From: Eledone cirrhosa
Taxonomy: Eukaryota
Length of the DNA: 64,000 bases
Reading direction: 5' to 3'
Assembly: GCA_964016885.1 (NCBI GenBank)
Contig: OZ024745.1
Location: 92,070,001-92,134,000 of the forward strand
The position numbers were made by a program, and so were the translations under genes. Every line of letters starts with the position of its first letter. The first letter of the stretch is position 1. Below are positions 45,001 through 57,644 of the stretch, piece after piece. The notes beneath the pieces are model-generated. The model ran no database searches, was not told the origin of the DNA, and saw only the letters and a program-made list of their open reading frames with translations.

Positions 45001-48000
45001 TGCCTGAGTATCAAACAGCTCCACTAGATAAAATAAGTTATATTACTCTGCCTGAGTATCAAACAGCTCCACTAGATACAGTAACTTATATTACTCTGTC
45101 TGAGTATCAAACAGCTCCACTAGATACAGTAAGTTATATTACTCCGTCTGAGTATCAAACAGCTCCACTAGATACAGTAAGTTATATTACTCTGCCTAAG
45201 TATCAAACAGCTCCACTAGATACAGTAAGTTATATTACTCTGCCTGAGTATCAAATAGCTCCACTAGATACAGTATGTTATATTACTCTGTCTGAGTATC
45301 AAATAGCTCCACTAGATACAGTAAGTTATATTACTCTGACTGAGTATCAAACAGCTCCACTAGATACAGTAAGTTATATTACTCTGCCTGAGTATCAAAC
45401 AGCTCCACTAGATACAGTAAGTTATATTACTCTGCCTGAGTATCAAATAGCTCCACTAGATACAGTAAATTATATTACTCTGTCTGAGTATCAGACAGCT
45501 CCACTAGATACAGTAAGTTATATTACTCTGTCTGAGTATCGGACAGCTCCACTAGATACAGTAAGTTATATTACTCTGTCTGAGTATCAAACAGCTCCAC
45601 TAGATACAGTAAGTTATATTACTCTGCCTGAGTATCAAACAGCTCCACTAGATACAGTAAGTTATATTACTCTGTCTGAGTATCAAACAGCTCCACTAGA
45701 TACAGTGTTATTACTCTGTCTGAGTATCAAACAGCTCCACTAGATACAGTAAGTTATATTACTCTGTCTGCGTATCAAACAGCTCCACTAGATACAGTAA
45801 GTTATATTACTCTGTCTGAGTATCAAACAGCTCCACTAGATACAGTAAGTTATATTACTCTGCCTGAGTATCAAACAGCTCCACTAGATAAAATAAGTTA
45901 TATTACTCTGCCTGAGTATCAAACAGCTCCACTAGATACAGTAACTTATATTACTCTGTCTGAGTATCAAACAGCTCCACTAGATACAGTAAGTTATATT
46001 ACTCTGTCTGAATATCAAACAGCTCCACTAGATACAGTAAGTTATATTACTCTGCCTGAGTATCAAACAGCTCCACTAGATACAGTAAGTTATATTACTC
46101 TGTCTGAGTATCAAATAGCTCCAGTAGATACAGTAAGTTATATTACTCTGCCTGAGTATCAAACAGCTCCACTAGATACAGTAAGTTATATTACTCCGTC
46201 TGAGTATCAAACAGCTCCACTAGATACAGTGTTATATTACTCTGTCTGAGTATCCAACAGCTCCACTAGAAACAGTGTTATATTACTCTGTCTGAGTATC
46301 AAACAGCTCCACTAGATACAGTAAGTTATATTACTCTGTCTGCGTATCAAACAGCTCCACTAGATACAGTAAGTTATATTACTCTGTCTGAGTATCAAAC
46401 AGCTCCACTAGATACAGTAAGTTATATTACTCTGCCTGAGTATCAAACAGCTCCACTAGATAAAGTAAGTTATATTACTCCGTCTGAGTATCAAACAGCT
46501 CCACTAGATACAGTAAGTTATATTACTCTGCCTGAGTATCAAACCGCTCCACTATATACAGTAAGTTATATTACTCTGCCTGAGTATCAAACAGCTCCAC
46601 TAGATACAGTAAGTTATATTACTCTGCCTGAGTATCAAACAGCTCCACTAGATACAGTAAGTTATATTACTCTGTCTGAGTATCAAACAGCTCCACTAGA
46701 TACAGTAAGTTATATTACTCTGTCTGAGTATCAGACAGCTCCACTAGATACAGTAAGTTATGTTACTCTGTCTGAGTATCAAACAGCTCCACTAGATACA
46801 GTAAGTTATATTACTCTGTCTGAGTATCAAACAGCTCCACTAGATACAGTAAGTTATATTACTCTGTCTGAGTATCAAACAGCTCCACTAGATACAGTAA
46901 GTTATATTTCTCTGCCTGAGTATCAAACAGCTCCACTAGATAAAGTAAGTTATATTACTCTGCCTGAGTATCAAACAGCTCCACTAGATACAGTAAGTTA
47001 TATTACTCTGTCTGAGTATCAAACAACTCCACTAGATACAGTAAGTTATATTACTCTGCCTGAGTATCAAACAGCTCCACTAGATACAGTAAGTTATATT
47101 ACTGTCTGATTATCAAACAGCTCCACTAGATACAGTAAGTTATATTACTCTGTCTGAGTATCAAACAGCTCCACTAGATACAGTAAGTTATATTACTCTG
47201 TCTGAGTATCAAACAGCTCCACTAGATACAGTAAGTTATATTACTCTGCCTGAGTATCAAACAGCTCCACTATATACAGTAAGTTATATTACTCTGCCTG
47301 AGTATCAAACAGCTCCACTAGATACAGTAAGTTATATTACTCTGCCTGAGTATCAAACAGCTCCACTAGATACAGTAAGTTATATTACTCTGCCTGAGTA
47401 TCAAACAGCTCCACTAGATACAGTAAGTTATATTACTCTGCCTGAGTATCAAACAGCTCCACTAGATACAGTAAGTTATATTACTCTGCCTGAGTATCAA
47501 ATAGCTCCACTAGATACAGTAAATTATATTACTCTGTCTGAGTATCAGACAGCTCCACTAGATACAGTAAGTTATATTACTCTGTCTAAGTATCAAACAG
47601 CTCCCCTAGATACAGTAAGTTATATTCCTCTGCCTGAGTATCAAACAGCTCCCCTAGATACAGTAAATTATATTACTCTGTCTGAGTATCAAACAGCTCC
47701 ACTAGATACAGTAAGTTATATTACTTTGCCTGAGTATCAAACAGCTCCACTAGATACAGTAAGTTATATTACTCTGCCTGAGTATCAAACAGCTCCACTA
47801 GATACAGTAAGTTATATTACTCTGTCTGAGTATCAAACAGCTCCACTAGATACAGTAAGTTATATTACTCTCTCTAAGTATCAAACAGCTCCCCTAGATA
47901 CAGTAAGTTATATTACTCTGTCTGAGTATCAAACAGCTCCCCTAGATACAGTAAGTTATATTACTCTGCCTGAGTATCAAACAGCTCCCCTAGATACAGT

Positions 48001-51000
48001 AAATTATATTACTCTGTCTGAGTATCAAACAGCTCCCCTAGATACAGTAAGTTATATTACTCTGCCTGAGTATCAAACAGCTCCACTAGATACAGTAAGT
48101 TATATTCCTCTGCCTGAGTATCAAACAGCTCCCCTAGATACAGTAAATTATATTACTCTGTCTGAGTATCAAACAGCTCCCCTAGATACAGTAGGTTATA
48201 TTACTCTGTCTGAGTATCAAACAGCTCCACTAGATACAGTAAGTTATATTACTCTGCCTGAGTATCAAACAGCTCCACTAGATACAGTAAGTTATATTAC
48301 TCTGTCTGAGTATCAAACAGCTCCACTAGATACAGTAAGTTATATTACTCTGTCTGAGTATCAAACGGCTCCACTAGATACAGTAAGTTATATTACTCTG
48401 CCTGAGTATCAAACAGCTCCACTAGATACAGTAAGTTATATTACTCTGTCTGAGTATCAAACAGCTCCACTAGATACAGTAAGTTATATTACTCTGCCTG
48501 AGTATCAAACAGCTCCACTAGATACAGTAAGTTATATTACTCTGTCTGAGTATCAAACAGCTCCACTAGATACAGTAAGTTATATTACTCTGTCTGAGTA
48601 TCAAACAGCTCCACTAGATACAGTAAGTTATATTACTCTGCCTGAGTATCAAACAGCTCCACTAGATACAGTAAGTTATATTACTCTGCCTGAGTATCAA
48701 ATAGCTCCACTAGATACAGTATGTTATATTACTCTGTCTGAGTATCAAATAGCTCCACTAGATACAGTAAGTTATATTACTCTGACTGAGTATCAAACAG
48801 CTCCACTAGATACAGTAAGTTATATTACTCTGCCTGATTATCAAACAGCTCCACTAGATACAGTAAGTTATATTACTCTGCCTGAGTATCAAATAGCTCC
48901 ACTAGATACAGTAAATTATATTACTCTGTCTGAGTATCAGACAGCTCCACTAGATACAGTAAGTTATATTACTCTGTCTGAGTATCGGACAGCTCCACTA
49001 GATACAGTAAGTTATATTACTCTGTCTGAGTATCAAACAGCTCCACTAGATACAGTAAGTTATATTACTCTGCCTGAGTATCAAACAGCTCCACTAGATA
49101 CAGTAAGTTATATTACTCTGTCTGAGTATCAAACAGCTCCACTAGATACAGTGTTATTACTCTGTCTGAGTATCAAACAGCTCCACTAGATACAGTAAGT
49201 TATATTACTCTGTCTGCGTATCAAACAGCTCCACTAGATACAGTAAGTTATATTACTCTGTCTGAGTATCAAACAGCTCCACTAGATACAGTAAGTTATA
49301 TTACTCTGCCTGAGTATCAAACAGCTCCACTAGATAAAATAAGTTATATTACTCTGCCTGAGTATCAAACAGCTCCACTAGATACAGTAACTTATATTAC
49401 TCTGTCTGAGTATCAAACAGCTCCACTAGATACAGTAAGTTATATTACTCTGTCTGAATATCAAACAGCTCCACTAGATACAGTAAGTTATATTACTCTG
49501 CCTGAGTATCAAACAGCTCCACTAGATACAGTAAGTCATATTACTCTGTCTGAGTATCAAATAGCTCCAGTAGATACAGTAAGTTATATTACTCTGCCTG
49601 AGTATCAAACAGCTCCACTAGATACAGTAAGTTATATTACTCCGTCTGAGTATCAAACAGCTCCACTAGATACAGTGTTATATTACTCTGTCTGAGTATC
49701 CAACAGCTCCACTAGAAACAGTGTTATATTACTCTGTCTGAGTATCAAACAGCTCCACTAGATACAGTAAGTTATATTACTCTGTCTGCGTATCAAACAG
49801 CTCCACTAGATACAGTAAGTTATATTACTCTGTCTGAGTATCAAACAGCTCCACTAGATACAGTAAGTTATATTACTCTGCCTGAGTATCAAACAGCTCC
49901 ACTAGATAAAGTAAGTTATATTACTCCGTCTGAGTATCAAACAGCTCCACTAGATACAGTAAGTTATATTACTCTGCCTGAGTATCAAACCGCTCCACTA
50001 TATACAGTAAGTTATATTACTCTGCCTGAGTATCAAACAGCTCCACTAGATACAGTAAGTTATATTACTCTGCCTGAGTATCAAACAGCTCCACTAGATA
50101 CAGTAAGTTATATTACTCTGTCTGAGTATCAAACAGCTCCACTAGATACAGTAAGTTATATTACTCTGTCTGAGTATCAGACAGCTCCACTAGATACAGT
50201 AAGTTATATTACTCTGTCTGAGTATCAAACAGCTCCACTAGATACAGTAAGTTATATTACTCTGTCTGAGTATCAAACAGCTCCACTAGATACAGTAAGT
50301 TATATTACTCTGTCTGAGTATCAAACAGCTCCACTAGATACAGTAAGTTATATTACTCTGTCTGAGTATCAAACAGCTCCACTAGATACAGTAAGTTATA
50401 TTACTCTGTCTGAGTATCAAACAGCTCCACTAGATACAGTAAGTTATATTTCTCTGCCTGAGTATCAAACAGCTCCACTAGATACAGTAAGTTATATTAC
50501 TTTGCCTGAGTATCAAACAGCTCCACTAGATACAGTAAGTTATATTACTCTGCCTGAGTATCAAACAGCTCCACTAGATACAGTAAGTTATATTACTCTG
50601 TCTGAGTATCAAACAGCTCCACTAGATACAGTAAGTTATATTACTCTCTCTAAGTATCAAACAGCTCCCCTAGATACAGTAAGTTATATTACTCTGTCTG
50701 AGTATCAAACAGCTCCCCTAGATACAGTAAGTTATATTACTCTGCCTGAGTATCAAACAGCTCCCCTAGATACAGTAAATTATATTACTCTGTCTGAGTA
50801 TCAAACAGCTCCCCTAGATACAGTAAGTTATATTACTCTGCCTGAGTATCAAACAGCTCCACTAGATACAGTAAGTTATATTCCTCTGCCTGAGTATCAA
50901 ACAGCTCCCCTAGATACAGTAAATTATATTACTCTGTCTGAGTATCAAACAGCTCCCCTAGATACAGTAGGTTATATTACTCTGTCTGAGTATCAAACAG

Positions 51001-54000
51001 CTCCACTAGATACAGTAAGTTATATTACTCTGCCTGAGTATCAAACAGCTCCACTAGATACAGTAAGTTATATTAATCTGTCTGAGTATCAAACAGCTCC
51101 ACTAGATACAGTAAGTTATATTACTCTGCCTGAGTATCAAACAGCTCCACTAGATACAGTAAGTTATATTACTCTGCCTGAGTATCAAACAGCTCCACTA
51201 GATACATTAAGTTATATTACTCTGTCTGAGTATCAAACAGCTCCACTAGATACAGTAAGTTATATTACTCTGTCTGAGTATCAAACTGCTCCACTAGATA
51301 CAGTAAGTTATATTACTCTGTCTGAGTATCAAACAGCTCCACTAGATACAGTAAGTTATATTACTCTGTCTGAGTATCAAACAGCTCCAGTAGATACAGT
51401 AAGTTATATTACTCTGTCTGAGTATCAAACAGCTCCACTAGATACAGTAAGTTATATTACTCTGTCTGAGTATCAAACAGCTCCACTAGATACAGTAAGT
51501 TATATTACTCTGCCTGAGTATCAAACAGCTCCACTAGATACAGTAAGTTATATTACTGTCTGATTATCAAACAGCTCCACTAGATACAGTAAGTTATATT
51601 ACTCTGCCTGAGTATCAAACAGCTCCCCCAGATACAGTAAGTTATTTTACTCTGCCTGAGTATCAAACAGCTCCACTAGATACAGTAAGTTATATTACTC
51701 TGTCTGAGTATCAAACAGCTCCACTAGATACAGTAAGTTATATTACTCTGCCTGAGTATCAAACAGCTCCCCTAGATACAGTAAGTTATATTACTCTGCC
51801 TGAGTATCAAACAGCTCCACTAGATACAGTAAGTTATATTACTCTGTCTGAGTATCAAACAGCTCCACTAGATACAGTAAGTTATATTACTCTGTCTGAG
51901 TAACAAACAGCTCCACTAGATACAGTAAGTTATATTACTCTGCCTGAGTATCAAACAGCTCCACTTGATACAGTAAGTTATATTACTCTGCCTGAGTATC
52001 AAACAGCTCCACTAGATACAGTAAGTTATATTACTCTGTCTGAGTATCAAACAGCTCCACTAGATACAGTAGGTTATATTACTCTGCCTGAGTATCAAAC
52101 AGCTCCCCTAGATACAGTAGGTTATATTACTCTGTCTGAGTATCAAACAGCTCCACTAGATACAGTAAGTTATATTACTCTGCCTGAGTATCAAACAGCT
52201 CCACTAGATACAGTAAGTTATATTACTCTGTCTGCGTATCAAACAGCTCCACTAGATACAGTAAGTTATATTACTCTGTCTGAGTATCAAACAGCTCCAC
52301 TAGATACAGTAAGTTATATTACTCTGTCTGAGTATCAAACAGCTCCACTAGATACAGTAAGTTATATTCCTCTGTCTGAGTATCATACAGCTCCCCTAGA
52401 TACAGTAAGTTATATTCCTCTGCCTGAGTATCAAACAGCTCCCCTAGATACAGTAAGTAATATTACTCTGCCTGAGTATCAAACAGCTCCCCTAGATACA
52501 GTAAGTTATATTACTCTGTCTGAGTATCAAACAGCTCCACTAGATACAGTAAGTTATATTACTCTGCCTGAGTATCAAACAGCTCCACTAGATACAGTAA
52601 GTTATATTACTCTGCCTGAGTATCAAACAGCTCCACTAGATAAACTAAGTTATATTACTCTGCCTGAGTATCAAACAGCTCCACTAGATACAGTAAGTTA
52701 TATTACTCTGTCTGAGTATCAAACAGCTCCACTAGATACAGTAAGTTATATTACTCTGCCTGAGTATCAAACAGCTCCCCCAAATACAGTAAGTTATTTT
52801 ACTCTGTCTGAGTATCAAACAGCTCCACTAGATAAACTAAGTTATATTACTCTGTGTGAGTATCAAACAGCTCCACTAGATACAGTAAGTTATATTACTC
52901 TGACTGAGTATCAAATAGCTCCACTAGATACAGTAAGTTATATTACTCTGTCTGTTTATCAAACAGCTCCACTAGATACAGTAAGTTATATTATATTACT
53001 CTGCCTGAGTATCAAACAGCTCCCCCAAATACAGTAAGTTATATTACTCTGCCTGAGTATCAAACAGCTCCACTAGATAAACTAAGTTATATTACTGTGT
53101 GTGAGTATCAAACAGCTCCACTAGATACAGTAAGTTATATTACTCTGACTGAGTATCAAATAGCTCCACTAGATACAGTAAGTTATATTACTCTGCCTGA
53201 GTATCAAACAGCTCCCCCAGATACAGTAAGTTATTTTACTCTGCCTGAGTATCAAACAGCTCCACTAGATACAGTAAGTTATATTACTCTGTCTGAGTAT
53301 CAAACAGCTCCACTAGATACAGTAAGTTATATTACTCTGCCTGAGTATCAAACAGCTCCCCCAGATACAGTAAGTTATTTTACTCTGTCTGAGTATCAAA
53401 CAGCTCCACTAGATACAGTAAGTTATATTACTCTGCCTGAGTATCAAACAGCTCCACTAGATACAGTAAGTTATATTACTCTGTCTGAGTATCAAACAGC
53501 TCCACTAGATACAGTAAGTTATATTACTCTGCCTGAGTATCAAACAGCTCCACTAGATACAGTAAGTTATATTACTCTGCCTGAGTATCAAACAGCTCCC
53601 CTATATACAGTAAGTTATATTACTCTGCCTGAGTATCAAACAGCTCCACTACATACAGTAAGTTATATTACTCTGCCTGAGTATCATACAGCTCCACTAG
53701 ATACAGTAAGTTATATTACTCTGCCTGAGTATCAAACAGCTCCCCTAGATACAGTAAGTTATATTACTCTGCCTGAGTATCAAACAGCTCCCCCAGATAC
53801 AGTAAGTTATTTTACTCTGCCTGAGTATCAAACAGCTCCACTAGATACAGTAAGTTATATTACTCTGTCTGAGTATCAAACAGCTCCACTAGATACAGTA
53901 GGTTATATTACTCTGTCTGAGTATCAAATAGCTTCACTAGATACAGTAAGTTATATTACTCTGCCTGAATATCAAATAGCTCCACTAGATACAGTAAGTT

Positions 54001-55394
54001 ATATTACTCTGTCTGAGTATCAAACAGCTCCACTAGATACAGTAAGTTATATTACTCTGTCTGAGTATCAAACAGCTCCACTAGATACAGTAAGTTATAT
54101 TACTCTGTCTGAGTATCAAACAGCTCCACTAGATACAGTAAGTTATATTACTCTGCCTGAGTATCAAATAGCTCCACTAGATACAGTAAGTTATATTACT
54201 CTGTCTGAGTATCAAACAGCTCCACTAGATACAGTAAGTTATATTACTCTGCCTGAGTATCAAACAGCTCCACTAGATACAGTAAGTTATATTACTCTGA
54301 CTGAGTATCAAACAGCTCCACTAGATACTGTAAGTTATATTACTCTGCCTGAGTATCAAACAGCTCCACTAGATACAGTAAGTTATATTACTCTGCCTGA
54401 GTATCAAACAGCTCCACTAGATACAGTAGGTTATATTACTCTGCCTGAGTATCAAACAGCTCCACTAGATACAGTAAGTTATATTACTCTGTCTGAGTAT
54501 CAAACAGCTCCACTAGATACAGTAAGTTATATTACTCTGTCTGAGTATCAAACAGCTCCACTAGATACAGTAAGTTATATTACTCTGTCTGAGTATCAAA
54601 CAGCTCCACTAGATACAGTAAGTTATATTACTCTGCCTGAGTATCAAACAGCTCCACTAGATACAGTAAGTTATATTACTCTGCCTGAGTATCAAACAGC
54701 TCCACTAGATACAGTAAGTTATATTACTCTGTCTGAGTATCAAACAGCTCCACTAGATACAGTAAGTTATATTACTCTGTCTGAGTATCAAACAGCTCCA
54801 CTAGATACAGTAGGTTATATTACTCTGCCTGAGTATCAAACAGCTCCACTAGATACAGTAAGTTATATTACTCTGCCTGAGTATCAGACAGCTCCACTAG
54901 ATACAGTAAGTTATATTACTCTGTCTGAGTATCAAACAGCTCCACTAGATACAGTAGGTTATATTACTCTGTCTGAGTATCAAACAGCTCCACTAGATAC
55001 AGTAAGTTATATTACTCTGCCTGAGTATCAAACAGCTCCACTAGATACAGTAAGTTATATTACTCTGTCTGAGTATCAAACAGCTCCACTAGATACAGTA
55101 GGTTATATTACTCTGCCTGAGTATCAAACAGCTCCACTAGATACAGTAAGTTATATTACTCTGACTGAGTATCAAACAGCTCCACTAGATACTGTAAGTT
55201 ATATTACTCTGCCTGAGTATCAAACAGCTCCACTAGATACAGTAAGTTATATTACTCTGTCTGAGTATCAAACAGCTCCACTAGATACAGTAAGTTATAT
55301 TACTCTGTCTGAGTATCAAACAGCTCCACTAGATACAGTAAGTTATATTACTCTGCCTGAGTTTCAAACAGCTCCACTAGATACAGTAAGTTAT
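1..55394 (+). repeat. Giant 48-bp tandem satellite/minisatellite array (about 1,150 units in window, truncated by left edge)
   Basis: Uninterrupted head-to-tail unit gtaagttatattactctgYctgagtatcaaacagctccactagataca with scattered substitutions and occasional short-indel units (e.g. 46 bp). Similarity stops after ...gataca gtaagttat at 55394. Confidence 0.99.
55386..55391 (+). promoter_or_regulatory. Candidate 5' splice donor GTAAGT in the terminal repeat unit (repeated in most units of the array)
   Basis: ACA|GTAAGT matches the U1 consensus at +1 to +6. It falls between codons (GAT ACA|GTA) of the open frame and is followed by AT-rich intron-like sequence tatttagtctttatttttg. Confidence 0.6.
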
Positions 55395-55431
55395 TTAGTC
55401 TTTATTTTTGTCTTTAATATCCACATAAAGG

Positions 55432-55638
55432 ATCGTAGATTGGCAGAATTAGGGCATTGGATATAAAATCCCATTGTAGCTCTTTACATTCTGAGTTCAA
55501 ACATGACCATGGTCAACTTTGCATTACATGTTTCCGAGATTCATAACCTAAAATACCAGCCAAGTACTGGGATAGTTGTAATCAACTTTGCCTTTCTTCC
55601 AAATTTGCTGGCCTTGTTCCTAAATTAGAAATTATTAT
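55432..55638 (+). mobile_element. Degenerate tRNA-derived SINE (Nin/Deu-domain-like family)
   Basis: A-box-like tggcagaattagg, B-box-like gagttcaaa, core ggtcaactttgc...aaaataccag and 3' end gctggccttgttcctaaattagaaattatt. These motifs are shared with copies at 59622, 61600 and 62055. Confidence 0.7.
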
Positions 55639-55760
55639 TTACATAAATCTTATGTTTAAACTATTGTAGAGGCACCAAATTTTTCGTTGTGCCTTTAAAA
55701 TTGTAAAAGTTTTAATTCTGATACATAATTTCTTCAAATTGGGTTAGTTTTGCATCAGCA

Positions 55761-56499
55761 GTACCATATCTGTAATGTGTACCAAAGATTTGCACCTACA
55801 GTACCAGATCTGTAATGTGTACCAAAGATTTGCACCTACAGTACCAGATCTGTAATGTGTACCAAAGATTTGCACCTACAGTACCAGATCTGTAATGTGT
55901 ACCAAAGATTTGCACCTACAGTACCAGATCTGTAATGTGTACCAAAGATTTGCACCTACAGTACCAGATCTGTAATGTGTACCAAAGATTTGCACCTACA
56001 GTACCATATCTGTAATGTGTACCAAAGATTTGCACCTACAGTACCAGATCTGTAATGTGTACCAAAGATTTGCACCTACAGTACCAGATCTGTAATGTGT
56101 ACCAAAGATTTGCACCTACAGTACCAGATCTGTAATGTGTACCAAAGATTTGCACCTACAGTACCAGATCTGTAATGTGTACCAAAGATTTGCACCTACA
56201 GTACCAGATCTGTAATGTGTACCAAAGATTTGCACCTACAGTACCAGATCTGTAATGTGTACCAAAGATTTGCACCTACAGTACCAGATCTGTAATGTGT
56301 ACCAAAGATTTGCACCTACAGTACCAGATCTGTAATGTGTACCAAAGATTTGCACCTACAGTACCAGATCTGTAATGTGTACCAAAGATTTGCACCTACA
56401 GTACCAGATCTGTAATGTGTACCAAAGATTTGCACCTACAGTACCAGATCTGTAATGGGTACCAAAGATTTGCACCTACAGTACCATATCTAATGTGTA
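55761..56499 (+). repeat. 40-bp minisatellite, 18 full units plus a partial unit
   Basis: gtaccagatctgtaatgtgtaccaaagatttgcacctaca repeated from 55761 to 56480 with very few substitutions, then a partial unit. Confidence 0.98.
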
Positions 56500-56548
56500 T
56501 AAAAAATATGACAGGTGACAGTTGAAAGAATTTATAATCTTGATTACA

Positions 56549-57431
56549 TCTATATATATAAAACTGAGGATGTCTGTCTGTGAGTGTGTGAGTTTGAATC
56601 CCTAAAACTCGAGAAGCACCAAGCCGACTGTTTTCAAACTTTACACATGTAATACTTATGTTTCAGGGACTGTTCTGAGCAGAAAAAATTTCAAATTTTC
56701 AATGCCCTAGGGACCGGCATTAGGCGATTTAGTGATCTCTCTCTATAATTCTTAGTCTTTCTCTTTTTAGATAGATACATACATATAACGTCGCGCCTTT
56801 ATAATATCTGTCTGTATGTCTGGCTGTCTGCATTACGTCACTTCCCTGAGGATGTCTATGTGAGTTTGAATCCCTAAAACTCGAGAAGTACCCAACCGAC
56901 TTTTTTCAAACTTTACATGTGTATTATGTTTCAGGGAGTTTTATGCACATAAAAAATTCAACTTTTTGATCCCCTAGGTGAAAAACTGCGTTTTTTCAGC
57001 TTTTTATGGGTCTTTTGAGGCGTTACGTCAGACCGATTTCCTTGAAATTGTAACTATATATTAGTCAGTCTCTTCTTCATACCGTGAGCAAAGAAAATCC
57101 AACTTTTTTAAGGCCTAGGGCCCGCATTAGGTGAAAAACTTCACTTTTTCAGCTTTTTAGGGCTTTTTTGAGGCGTTACGTCTAGCCGATTTTCCCGAAA
57201 TTTCAAGGCATATTATGCACAGGAAAAAAATGTATTTTCTTGATTCCCTAAGTGAAAACCTGCATTTTTCCTACTTCATCGAGGAAAATCTTAAAGATTA
57301 TCCAGCCATCAGAGTATTCGGTTTATTTCCTTTACATATTGTCCAGGCATGCAGTTTTTCCACGATTAGGTCTGTTGGCGGCCCACATTCCAAAATACCT
57401 TATCCCGTGCAACGCCGGGAACCACTGCTAG
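56549..57431 (+). mobile_element. Non-autonomous Helitron (rolling-circle transposon), apparently full length, 883 bp
   Basis: 5' a|TCtatatatataaaac; 3' subterminal hairpin tcccgtgcaacgccggga (57403-57420) then CTAG|t (57428-57431). Inserted between A and T with no target-site duplication, and carries internal direct duplications. Confidence 0.8.
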
Positions 57432-57644
57432 TTTCTTATAAAATTTCGTGTTCACAATTCCACAGTGGAAATATCTATCATCTTGACTATACCACTGATA
57501 TCTTTCATAGTTATTTTTCTATATGAATGTGTGTATTGTGTTGTTTGTATGTGTGTGTATTGTTTGCATCTATGTGTGTGTTATTGTTTGTGTGTGCATC
57601 TGTTATTAAAATCTAATGTTTATTATTTTCTTCAAATTATCCAG

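Noticed and set aside
1-55394. CRISPR array
   Set aside because: No unique spacers; units abut directly, and the context is eukaryotic with spliceosomal introns.
1-55394. Recursive-splicing ratchet points
   Set aside because: These need AG immediately followed by GT (YAG|GTAAG). Here CAG and GTAAGT share the same G, and there is no strong polypyrimidine tract.
1-55394. Centromeric or telomeric satellite
   Set aside because: Nothing in the sequence supports this: no telomeric motif, and the array abuts gene introns and exons. A centromeric role cannot be excluded without chromatin data.
1410-55466. Standalone repetitive-protein genes (nine EYQTAPLDTVSYITL ORFs in the track)
   Set aside because: The starts are GTG/TTG point variants of the unit and the ends are mostly chance indels. 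ORFs are an automatic result of a stop-free 48-bp unit.
57215-57526. 103-aa ORF
   Set aside because: It spans the Helitron 3' end into intron sequence and has no recognisable motifs.
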